NCBI GenBank assembly: GCA_965637545.1
Contig: OZ281494.1
Coordinates: 18,104,001 to 18,168,000, forward strand
Source of the DNA: Phallusia mammillata
Taxonomy: Eukaryota
Direction: 5' to 3'
DNA: 64,000 nucleotides
How positions within the stretch are numbered: position 1 is the stretch's first letter; each line of letters starts with the position of its first letter. The notes below the pieces were generated by a model. It did no database searches. It had not been told where the DNA came from and saw only the letters and a list, made by a program, of their open reading frames with translations. A program made the position numbers and the translations under genes. Positions 12,665 to 23,320 of this stretch are shown here, piece after piece.

Positions 12665-14785
12665 GACTATACACCATTTTACCTTTTCCTATGTTTACAT
12701 AATACCCGCAGGTACTCAAGATCTTTGTATGTGAGATGTTTATACCATTATTTATTTGGAAGATGTTTTTTCGTTTTTATTTAAATTATTGATTTTTCTT
12801 GTTGATATTTTTATTTGAAACAATTTCTCCACTGTTAAATCTTAAATGTTTTTCTGTTCAATTTTTCTACCTGTTTTACTGTAAATTTCAAAATAAACCA
12901 AAATCGGCATTTTCCTAACGTGGGTAAAAACTTGGCTTAGACATACAAAACGAAGTGCATCTTTAAGAACTGGCTTAGACATACAAAACGAAGTGCATCT
13001 TTAGTCATTTGTTAAATCCCATTTGTTTAATTGCAGCACGCGAAGAGTTCGGAGGAAAATAAGTTAATAAACAAAACGCATTAAAGGCAAAATTCAAGTC
13101 TGTAATTATTAAAGTTTTTTTACAAAAACTGAGAAAAGGGACAACTAATATTTTGATTATTGAAATGTGGCAATTTGTTTATGTCTGGCAGTCTAAATTC
13201 ATTCAGGTCTTGTTTTTTGTAGCCGTCACAGTATGCTTAAAGTTAAATTTTTGTCTAAACGTGTCTAAACGTCGAAAAGTGTCTCAAACAACAGTATCAA
13301 TTAACTTTGACGTTGTAATTTCCATGAAATGTCTACCCGAGTATTTGATTTATCATTATTCGCCCATTAGAATTTGTTATTGATTCGAATGACATTTGTG
13401 GGAACTTTGGCAGATTCAGTTTGATCGTCACCATTTGAGGGGTATTTAAAGTGTTACTTGTCCACAATATGGCAATTAACCAAGTTAAAAACATAATAAA
13501 AGGCGATGCCATTATTGGAATAAGTTTCGTATTTGAATTAGAGGTCGGTTTATCTATTTACAAAATGCCACACAATGCTTCCCTGCTTTATTCATACCGC
13601 GATTGTGAAGTAGCGACTATTTTGGAAATGATAACGAATATGGACATTGTCACTTGTACAGTGCGTTGTAAGACGGTGGGAGGAAGAGCCCTAAAAGAAT
13701 AACGCTGTTCTTTCACACCCGACAGTGCTTCAGCATTGTCTTATATTCGCGTCATTCCAGAAGAAATAGTCAACACGCTATGTCCTGTTTAAATTTGAAC
13801 ATTGTAAGTCAATAATGGCACAACTGTCTGTTTCACCAACAACTGTTTTAGTTTTAATCTTTTTACTACTAACTGCATGTGGTCCAACCACAGACAATTA
13901 CATTGGCCGAGCACACTGCCTTCGACAACTCATTTATGTCATTTGATTTTTCTGTTTCCTTTTTCGTAGGCCCGTGGAAGTTTTGTTGTTGGTTTCAAGT
14001 AATTGGGTTGTTAGTTTTATGTAAATTCCGTTTAATATGTGAATTTATCTGTACTTTTCCCATTAAATTTGAAATCCTTGTTATATTGGTTCTATCCCAT
14101 ATCAATACCTTGTTTTAGTTAGAAGCAGGCTGTTTCAACAAGCATTGTATTATTTAAAAAAATGCTTTTACTTATTAGGGTAGTAAACAAGTCGCAATTT
14201 TTGCTGACTGAATAAAGTACTGAAATCCCTTGAAAAGATTTCCTTTTGCTATATGCTTGAACTAAGTCAAGTTGGTTGAGTTAAGGGCTGTGCGCCTATC
14301 AGAACTACATACATCTGTCTGAATATTTGCATTGATCCACAGTCTAAGAACGAAAGGATGGTCTCACAACCGACAGCATTGAGTGCACTGTAAGACTGTG
14401 GTGAATGGCCTTTCTACGTTCTCATCCCGGAATTCCGCCTGTTTTGCAAAATACTAAACAAATTGCTTTATTTTTTGCTTTACACGATTTGTCTTATAAA
14501 GGTGTTTGTATTGGTGTCAACCTGACGTTTCAAGCAATATGAAATCTGCTAAATGCATGTTGACAACAGTCGAATATTGCAGAACTGATTTTGGATTAGC
14601 GTAATGACGTCACACAATCAGGACAGCTTCTTGCCTATAATAGTTTCCTGTCAGCACGCTTTGAAACACTGACAAAAAATTAAACACCAAGTCGTAGCAG
14701 ATGGCTTGAGAATTAGGAACGCACGTCAGTCCAGAAGCTAGACCATACGAGTCCCAGTAAAACACGTCTTGTAACTTTTGACGAC

Positions 14786-15595
14786 ATGGATGTTGTGGAC
14801 GATTTGATGCAAGCTGAGTCGTTGCTAAGTGATCTTGAAGGAGACAGTGACGACGATACAACTGATCCGGGTTGCTGCCTTTGTTTGTTGATATGTCCGT
14901 GGAAACCTAAAACATTCGCTGCACAACTGCAGTTCAAAGGCTACAGATTACCAAAACGCAAGCAGACCATGGCAAAGTATACTGTCCATCCGTTCACCGA
15001 TTTTAGGACACGCGGCATTACTAAACCAGAATACGTAAACGTTTTTACGCAAGGTTACAACGAGGCTCAGCACTGGAATCCTGACATGGAAGAAAATCGT
15101 ACTAAAGCGTTGTTGCCTATCGAACAAGCAAACAATAAAGACAAAGCTCTTGCGGCATGGGGTATTTCGCAAACTACTGGAGACACTAATGTTTTTAGTA
15201 AATGCAAAGTGGTGGTCTTTCGTGACGACAGCACAGAGTTTTGGACGCCTAAAGGTGGTCGAGTGTATGTCACAGCAGGGTCGTCCTACACACCCGTATG
15301 GACTCTTTGGAAAGACACGAACTACCATTGCGCTTTCGGCATAACTTTTAGAAAAAGGATGTACTACATTGCATGGTGTAACAATGAGGTAAAACTGGTG
15401 CGGGGAACAGAACCAGTTGCCAGAAATCCTGTGACCAACGACCAACGATTCTTTAAACTCGAACACGATCGGCTGAGCAGAAAGAACATATTCCAGCACA
15501 TCGGAACGAAGCAATATCTAGCTATTGGATCGGATAAATTTCTGACCCTTGTCGCAATGAGGCCTCAGGCCCAGGGCTGGAATTTAAAAACGTAG
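14786..15595 (+). CDS. Leaderless beta-trefoil-like protein B2 (269 aa)
   Basis: Close paralog of 11329..12096, with many synonymous differences and in-frame indels confined to the middle segment. Confidence 0.8.
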   Translation: MDVVDDLMQAESLLSDLEGDSDDDTTDPGCCLCLLICPWKPKTFAAQLQFKGYRLPKRKQTMAKYTVHPFTDFRTRGITKPEYVNVFTQGYNEAQHWNPDMEENRTKALLPIEQANNKDKALAAWGISQTTGDTNVFSKCKVVVFRDDSTEFWTPKGGRVYVTAGSSYTPVWTLWKDTNYHCAFGITFRKRMYYIAWCNNEVKLVRGTEPVARNPVTNDQRFFKLEHDRLSRKNIFQHIGTKQYLAIGSDKFLTLVAMRPQAQGWNLKT

Positions 15596-16101
15596 ACATT
15601 ACCAAGTTCCGCAAGGTAATGTCGCTGTTTGTATTTGCATTTCACGGTTTTGTTTAGCATCTGAAAATAGTTATATGTATTGTGAAAAATATATGTATTG
15701 TGAAAGGGCGCAGTTTATATGATATATGCCTTCATTGGTAAAGGAAAAAAAAACATGTTTGAAACAGAGTTGTAAGCGGGTTCAAAATTCGAGTCCGAAC
15801 CCGGCCCGAACCCAGAAGTAAATACCCCAACCGGGTCCGAACCCGAATCGTTTTTGAGAAGCCCGTTTTTTCCCGAAACTTTGATTGGCAGGCCTCTCCA
15901 TAAAAGCCTACAAAACGTACTACTGTACATAATATAATTGAAAACAGCGTTTTAGGGCGGTTGGGCATCAAGTAAAGTCCAGCAACTAGCTACGTAGTTG
16001 GGTAATTTTCTCCAAAACAACAACAGACACAGAATTTGAAGTCATCGCATTTTTTAGAGATAGATTACTCAGATTGATCGTAATTCAGAAACGCATTTTT
16101 T

Positions 16102-16196
16102 ACGAGGTTCGAACCCAGGACACTCCTGGGGACGAATCCCGACCAAGGTTTTTTATGTCTGTATATGGGTCATGCGCGCCAGACCATTCGGCCAAG
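16102..16196 (-). repeat. tRNA-derived (SINE-like) repeat, copy 2
   Basis: The minus strand reads TGGCCGAATGGTCT (A box, tRNA-Leu/Ser-like) ... GGGTTCGAACC (B box); homologous to 10233..10325. Confidence 0.55.
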
Positions 16197-18494
16197 TTCC
16201 GGCCCAGAAACGTATTTTTTGAAAATTCTCCACTGCAGCATTGAGGCGCTATCTGTGGGCGAGACACTTCCTTGTATTTGTATCTTGCAAGTATCGTTTT
16301 CAAGTTGGTTTCGATTTTTTGTTTTGTGTCATTCATAGGCCTTCTAAACAAATAATCATGAAGCGTTTCAATGGCGCTATTGTTGTATTTTGTTTTCTTG
16401 CACCAACACCAGGGAAGCTATACACTGTTTTCAATCAAAAGACAATGTTGCTTCCTGTTAATTAAACTCTTATAATTTTGTTTTTATCTTTTATACACCA
16501 ACAAGTAGCAGCTGTTTAAAACTTTCAGTTTTTACTCTAGAACGCAAAAAAGACCGACTGGTTTATTGACGCAAAACCCTTTATTACACACAAAACAATG
16601 CCTTGCCACAATCGAAAATTTTGCAGTGTTTTGGTGTTGATTCTCATATTTCAGAACATTAAAAACTACAATTATCGTTGTCAAAACACTGGACTTTTGC
16701 GGCCATGTTGAGCCACGCTATACTTAATCGATGAATATTTATCGCAAACATCATTGGTTTTACGTTAAGTTATGTGCTGGCATATATACTGTAGTTTAGG
16801 TTGTCATGTAGTTGGTATAAACGCACAATTAATTTTTTTCCAAGTCACGTAAATAAGCCTCTTTTTTCGCATACCGTTGCGTCTTATTGACCTCAGACAT
16901 GTTTTACAAATCAAATGCTGCTAATATACATGGCATCAAAAGAAATGTAACAAATATTCGATAATAGTCAACGCTTTACTTCGGTTGTGTACAATCAAAG
17001 GTTGATTTGACTCAACCACGGGATCACAAATTCAAGAAATGATAACGGGCAATCATTTTGTGGCCACACTCAGAACGTGTCGTATTATAACACAATTATC
17101 CTTTAAGAACACAAATTGAGTTACATATGTGGATTATTGAAAACAACTGCTAAATGAACCTACCGTAACCCAAAAACACTGAGTGGGTTCCACAATTGCA
17201 TCCTGTAACCCGAAGCAATCCGTTATATTTGGACAAAGTGTTGTGACAACATTTTGCTGGTCATCTGCCTTAGTTTGTGTATGGTTTATTATCGTCGTTT
17301 TTTAGCTTTTATTGAGCAAGGAAACAAATCGTTTATCAAATATATAGTTGCTTTGATTTCCGTTTCTACTTTTTAAACATTTGTTCTGTCCACAAACAGT
17401 CTCATGCGCTTACGGTTGTACAAAAGAATGAACACACTCTGACGTCGTAGGTGGAGGGCTCGTGATGTCATAACAACGGATGAGCTACCTCGCTGTATCT
17501 GCTTCCCCTTTAGCGATAAGATACATACACAGAGTAACAAACTCGGGTTGTAATAACTTTGGAAGACTGTATGCAAGCACATCAAGAAGCAAGCTTTAGA
17601 TGGGTTTAGAAAAAACCCTCTATCGACTGAATTGTGACAAACAGAAAGTTAAGATAAATTAGTACCATGCAGCATGGATGATGAAAATGGCTGAAGATAT
17701 TATGTAACAGATGTGTTATTGTGTCACCATGACACAAAACGATTTTCACCTTACGAAAATTGCACAAAGTTGCATATTATAGGACTGTGTTACCTTTTTT
17801 AGGTCACGCCACCATACCTGCTACAAAAAGAATTCTCACGTGTGAAGCATTACGTAAACCTTGTGCAGTCAACATATATAAAAGAAAAAAGTTCGTTATT
17901 TCCGGTAATTCAACATTGGGGTCAAAATAAAATAAAATAAAAATATCCACTTCGATTTTATAATTATGTAGAAGTATAACGATGATATAATGGAGCCTTG
18001 TTCTAAATAGTAGTTTATCCGGTGTGATCCATGGTTCATAAAACGGTTGCCAAAGTTACAACTTTTATGTTTGTTATTTTCCGTTGTAAAAAGCTTAGAT
18101 ATATGTTTATATTTTATAGCCTAAGCTTAAGAACTTCTAGATTTAGTTGATCTAACTTTGTAGATTCAATTTACCCATTAAAAGATCAATTATGCATCAC
18201 GTCAGCGTGCTATGTGTGGCATGTCTATTTTGTACTGTTCGCACACAATAAGTCTATATACATCTAGTAGCCGGAAGCTAGCCCACAAGGTTCATAATAA
18301 ACCTGGGTCACCAAATCTTATTTTATTAATGCTTGGCCGCCAGTATAGCCAGGAGATCTATTTTTAATACATGTGCACGAAAGCATTATATTGTGCTCGC
18401 GGCAAAGTGTGCATTCCAGGATTGAGTACATGCCACACATTTTATTTTTATTTGTGCATTAAGGTTATGTGTGTAGGTATCGCCTAAGTCAAAT

Positions 18495-19247
18495 ATGAAT
18501 ATTAGTTTGGGTCCGGGCGAAAAGCAACCGCTGATCTCTAACTACGATTCCGATAGTAGCGACGATGAAGAAGACCAGTCTCGCTGTTGTCTGTTTCTTT
18601 TTGTCTGTCCTTGGAAGCCAGGTGCTGTGAGACAAAGACTTCAAGAAAGTGGGCTAGATTTGAGAACGAATAAAAAAGCTCCGCGACCGCACACCGTCAA
18701 TTACTTGCAGGAATTTCCTATGACCAGCCTAGTTCGTCCCGTGTGGTCGACACCCCACCAAGGCCAAGAAGGTGAAGTGACCGACGTGTTACCATACTAC
18801 AAAGATATACCCGACGACAGAATGTATTTTAACTGGGGCAATTATGCAACGGACAGTAATATTTTAAGAAAAAGTTTCCTACCGATTCGGCGCAAAAAAG
18901 GCCCAGAATCGTGGCACAAACAAGGAAGGGTGATCATGGTGAAGAACGATAATGAACCACCAATGTGGCACGTCTGGAGTTCTAAAAATGGCGACTTCAT
19001 TTTCGGATATCCTTCAGGTGGTAAATTTTTTTTCGTGACAGTAAACAATCGGAATCTGGTACGTTTGAAAAAAGGCACCGAGCAAGAGGTAACCAGAGAT
19101 GAAAGACTGTTCGTACGAGTCGCTGAAAGAAAACGTAAAGTTCTTCGTCACAACAAGACCGGAAAATATTTAACCATCGTGCCCAGACTGAAAAGATTGG
19201 CGTTGAGGTCGGAAATTAGTAAGGCAGAAGAATGGGACATTCTGTAG
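18495..19247 (+). CDS. Leaderless beta-trefoil-like protein C (250 aa), distant paralog of B1/B2
   Basis: Shares the acidic tract (DSDSSDDEED), CCLFLFVCPWKP, 'hTVN..', 'W.vWs....FG......ffI...nn.VRL..GTE...D.RlF' and 'H..T.kYL.I' blocks with B1/B2. Confidence 0.8.
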   Translation: MNISLGPGEKQPLISNYDSDSSDDEEDQSRCCLFLFVCPWKPGAVRQRLQESGLDLRTNKKAPRPHTVNYLQEFPMTSLVRPVWSTPHQGQEGEVTDVLPYYKDIPDDRMYFNWGNYATDSNILRKSFLPIRRKKGPESWHKQGRVIMVKNDNEPPMWHVWSSKNGDFIFGYPSGGKFFFVTVNNRNLVRLKKGTEQEVTRDERLFVRVAERKRKVLRHNKTGKYLTIVPRLKRLALRSEISKAEEWDIL

Positions 19248-20183
19248 GAACCCACAAACGCATGTTGTGTTTAAGCAAAGTTGGGTTTATTTTCGCACGT
19301 TAGTTTACACATTGGAATTTTGTCAGATAAATTGAACGGAAATTTGATAACAATATTAACAATAATAATATATGGCACACTTTGTTGCTTCGAATACGTA
19401 AAAAAAAACACGCATTGTTTGTTCATCTAACTGCTGTCTGTGATGATTTCAGGTGTCGTGTTTGTGTTTCCACTTATATCCAGTGCAATAAAAAAGACCA
19501 TACCCAACCAGTGTTACCATGAATCTAGGGCTCAGGTTGACCGAAAACAAATCGAGATTTTCCACAACAAATATAATTTTTCGGAAAAATATTTGAATTA
19601 ATGCAACTAATGTAAAATATAGTTAATGTCAACACACATACCAAGAATACACGGCATTTATACATTGCCTCGTTCAGAATTTTTTTCGCGTACACGTTTA
19701 AGTAGCATCGTGTCCCTTTTGACGACTGCCGTGAAGTTGTCGGCTTGACGGCTGCCGTGAAGTCATTTGATCCACTGTGATTTGCAAAAAACGCATTTAG
19801 CTCAGATATAAAGACTTAGCACTACTTAAAACGTCAGGCATATGGACGGTTGCAGCGAAAAAATACGCAGCCCAAAAGTGCGGAACGCAAGGTGCAACAA
19901 AACGCAAAAAAAACATATTTTCAGCATTATAAGAAAACCAACATAGAATGTCAACAAAAATGCGATTTTCGTTTCAGTGATACGTATTATTGTCGTGGTA
20001 TGTCGTTTTCGCTGCAAGAATCGTCACGCCAAACGTCGACCGATGCGTTTTACATGTTTCCGCAACGTTTAAAAACAAGGGCGTTGCGGCACACAGTTAC
20101 AATGTATATGATAACGTTTAAAACAGCTGTTGCATTTATTTGGAAGCGTTTGATTCTCAAATATCCTAAAGTATAGTTGCAAA

Positions 20184-21143
20184 ATGGACGAACGTGTGAT
20201 TTCTGTGGATGCTGATCCAACAGGCTTCGACTCATTGCTCTTCGAGCTGGATGCAAATGCGTCAAGTGATAGCGACATTTTTGTGAACCTTCCCGATTCT
20301 TCGATACCAATCAGCATTGTTCTTGACAATGTTGAACTGAATTCCACTGAACAATTACCAGAAACTGGAACAGTGACAGAAACAGTTGAGGTTTCGCCGT
20401 TGACTACAAAGAAATCAGAGCTCTTTGTGACAGAAAGCGAAACAGATTTGGAGGTAATTGAAGAACCAAATACAGACGAGTCGGCCGATGCACTCGCAAA
20501 AGAGGAAGAACTGAAGGAAGAAGATTTGACAGAAAAATCTGCTAAAGACGAGAAGCAGACGGAGAAAGAAAAACAACAACAGTTGACGGAAGAACCAGCT
20601 GAAAATACTGCTGAAAAAGAAGAACAGCTGAATACGAAAGAACCAGTTGATGAAACTACTGAGAAAGAACAACAACTAATAGCGGAAGAGAAACCTGATC
20701 AATCTACCGAAAAAGATCAACAGAACGAGGGCCTTTCTGATGACTTAGTCAAAGAAGAAGAACAAACGACCGAAAAACAATTAAATAATCAATTTCCTGA
20801 CAACGAGAAACAAACTAACGATCAAGAACCCAAAGCTTCAAAAGAATTGAAAAATCAAACCGTCATAAAAGAAGAACCAGTTCAAACTAGTAGTGCTGAA
20901 AACCCACAGCCGATTGTAGAAACAAAAAGTGAACAAGACAAACAAGTTAACATTTTGCCTGAAAGTGATTTAGCTGATGACGAATTTCCGGCACCACCGC
21001 CTCCAGAAATGCTGCACGACGAAGATAAGCTCGACGAACAAGATATCGCAAATGGATGGAACAGTGTGAAAAGTCCACGTACAAAAAAGAAATCTTGGTT
21101 CTTTCGATTATGCTCGGGCAAAAAGACAACAGCAATGGACTAA
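20184..21143 (+). CDS. Uncharacterised acidic low-complexity protein (319 aa) with DEFPAPPPP motif and basic/aromatic C-terminus
   Basis: 960-bp uninterrupted ORF, E/K/Q/T-rich; ends KKKSWFFRLCSGKKTTAMD. No family recognised. Confidence 0.65.
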   Translation: MDERVISVDADPTGFDSLLFELDANASSDSDIFVNLPDSSIPISIVLDNVELNSTEQLPETGTVTETVEVSPLTTKKSELFVTESETDLEVIEEPNTDESADALAKEEELKEEDLTEKSAKDEKQTEKEKQQQLTEEPAENTAEKEEQLNTKEPVDETTEKEQQLIAEEKPDQSTEKDQQNEGLSDDLVKEEEQTTEKQLNNQFPDNEKQTNDQEPKASKELKNQTVIKEEPVQTSSAENPQPIVETKSEQDKQVNILPESDLADDEFPAPPPPEMLHDEDKLDEQDIANGWNSVKSPRTKKKSWFFRLCSGKKTTAMD

Positions 21144-22155
21144 AACGATTCTCAAATTCTTGTTGGACTTCTAATAACAAAACTATTAGGAGTCAAAGTT
21201 TGTAAATATTATGGTCTAAAGTGGTTTGTTGTCATCTTGTATTTAATCCCAAACGTTTAATTGTATTTTAGCATTGCATTGTCAAATCATCAACTTGGTT
21301 GAGTTTAACTTAAGGACTGAAAAAAACGGACATTCGAGTTACGGAATCAGTAATGAATATCGTGAAAGATATATTTCTATATATATTCCCTATCGCGCAT
21401 TTTTAGTGCTTTGATAAAATATATTAATAAACTGGCTTTAACGAAACAGAATCCTTTTTCGATTAAAAAAGGCATATGCTTTCGAATGTATCTTGTTTAA
21501 AGCGACGTGCTCTTTAGTGTGTGATTGTTTCCTTGCACTGTGCTTTAAGTGCTTGGTTAAAAAGGGTTTACTATGGGAAACTAATTGGAAAGTTCAGAGC
21601 CGAAAATCTACAAATAATTATATAAATGCTTGGAATCTTTGAATGTTCGCTTTTCAACAATGTAGCCTAATTAAAATGCCATGTTCAAGTGGATATCACA
21701 ATATTCTTCTACCATGATAAATGAGATCTACACAAACAACTAAGTGATAAATGAGACCTACACAAACACACAAAAAAACTTTCTATGAAAACGAGCATAA
21801 GGGTAGGACAAATTGTACACTGCCTGATTTTTCACATAAGAGTCTCGCAAAATTAAAGCCTAACTATATCTTTTTGACGTAAAAAATAGAGATTTTGTGC
21901 TTAAGTCATTTATTATTGCAGAAGCAACACATTTTTGTCACTTGTAATAAAAATTGTTCAAAGCCGTTGCACAATATATTTCAGTCACAGCCGGAATTTA
22001 AGCTTCGACCTGCATTGGTTGGGCACCGTCTTGAACGACTTTTATTACATTTCTACAGACAGTACACAAAGCACTGCAATTAAAAGTGTATCTCACGCAA
22101 TTAGTTTAATTATTGGGTGCTTTTTCGCAACATTATCTTACTTTTAAGTAAAAGG

Positions 22156-23320
22156 CTAGGCCTTGTTTCGGATTAAAATATGATTTAACGCTGATTCCAT
22201 TTTGTCGAGATCATAATGCATTGGACCCCAACCTCCTTCGAACACCACAATGCCATCTAAAACGATATAAAGCCGTTCTGGTAAAGCGCCATACGCCAAA
22301 CAAGCTTCATTATTCATATTATCAACTAAAACAGGCACATTTAGCTCTGGAACGGCATCAATTAACATCTGAGCGGCATCCGCTCGTTCTTGAAAATTAC
22401 GGTGGTTGTTTAACTGGTATTTGTTGTCGGGAACCACCCAACCCTCGTTAGGATGAGCTTCCTGTATATACACGACAACGAAATCGGCGTCTTTTCGATA
22501 ATTGTCGACAAGTTTGGCAAAGCTTTGTATCTGCGTAAAGAGAACTAACAAATAGGTTTAAAGCCTTTAAAATTTTACAACACGAATTATACAAACAACA
22601 ACCTTGTGTAACTGCACCAGGTAACACAAAATAGAAAAAAAAGGAAAAACAGACGTAAACGCAACAGCAAGGTACCTTTGCCATAAATGGCGGTCATGTA
22701 CACGATCCAAAATTGATCACAAGTGGGCGATGTTCTTTCATAAAACTCAGCAACGGTTTGTCGATAGAAGCTTGCAAATGGTTGACGACCATGTCAGGCG
22801 CTTTCTCGTCCAGTTGTACGTTGTTAAATTGAATAAGCTTGTTTCTAAACACTTGAGGAAATGTTGTTGTCTGAAAAACATGTTAACAAAATTAGCAACA
22901 CATGTAGTTAACACACATCCAATATGTACAGCACGATTTTTTTATCTGGTGCTGGTGGAGTAAGTTAGTTGACAGCTCCTGGAGGAATCTTGCAGTAAAG
23001 ATTGAAAGTGAATAAAGTGCATTTAAAAAGCCAAAATGCATTTAAAAAGTTTATCATTTTGGAGAGCTTGAAGTAATCCATCCAAAACTTTAATAATAAA
23101 AACATTGACTGAAATTGTAAGCAGCCCGACGTTTTTTTTAATTTAGTGCATACCAGTTACAACTTACCACATGCAACTTAAACTAAGTTAGTTAATGCGT
23201 TTATTGTCTTACTTTTACAATTCTTTTACTTCCCGTTTGAACTCCAAAAAGCCACTTCGATAGTTTTGACATTTTCAGCAAGAGTGTTGCTTCGCGCAAT
23301 AATAACATGAAAATTAGCAT
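22156..23320 (-). CDS. DIO: Iodothyronine deiodinase (selenoprotein)
   Basis: Exon 22870-22676 reads ...EKAPD...RPLVINFGSCT[TGA]PPFMAK, with Sec TGA at 22696-22694. A GT-AG intron follows, then exon 22530-22156: IQSFAKLVDNY...FVVVYIQEAHPNEGW...YGALPERLYIV...GGWGP. The putative first exon 23320-23213 is less certain. Confidence 0.93.

Noticed and set aside
12931-13003. Small local tandem duplications (37 bp here; others at ~19720-19765 and ~21713-21770)
   Set aside because: Ordinary slippage-type duplications with no further structure.
14429-14612. kB-like palindrome CGGAATTCCG and CRE TGACGTCA upstream of gene B2
   Set aside because: The kB match is imperfect, TGACGTCA also occurs in unrelated places (e.g. 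2971, 5401), and neither is seen at the equivalent position of B1.
17900-17908. GAS/SIE-like STAT site TTCCGGTAA ~590 bp upstream of gene C
   Set aside because: A motif with six fixed bases is expected many times by chance in 64 kb of AT-rich DNA; there is no conservation evidence.
22047-22110. Candidate SECIS GTGAGATACAC...GTGTACTG on the minus strand
   Set aside because: The 3' side lacks the GA of the non-Watson-Crick quartet, and the helix is short.
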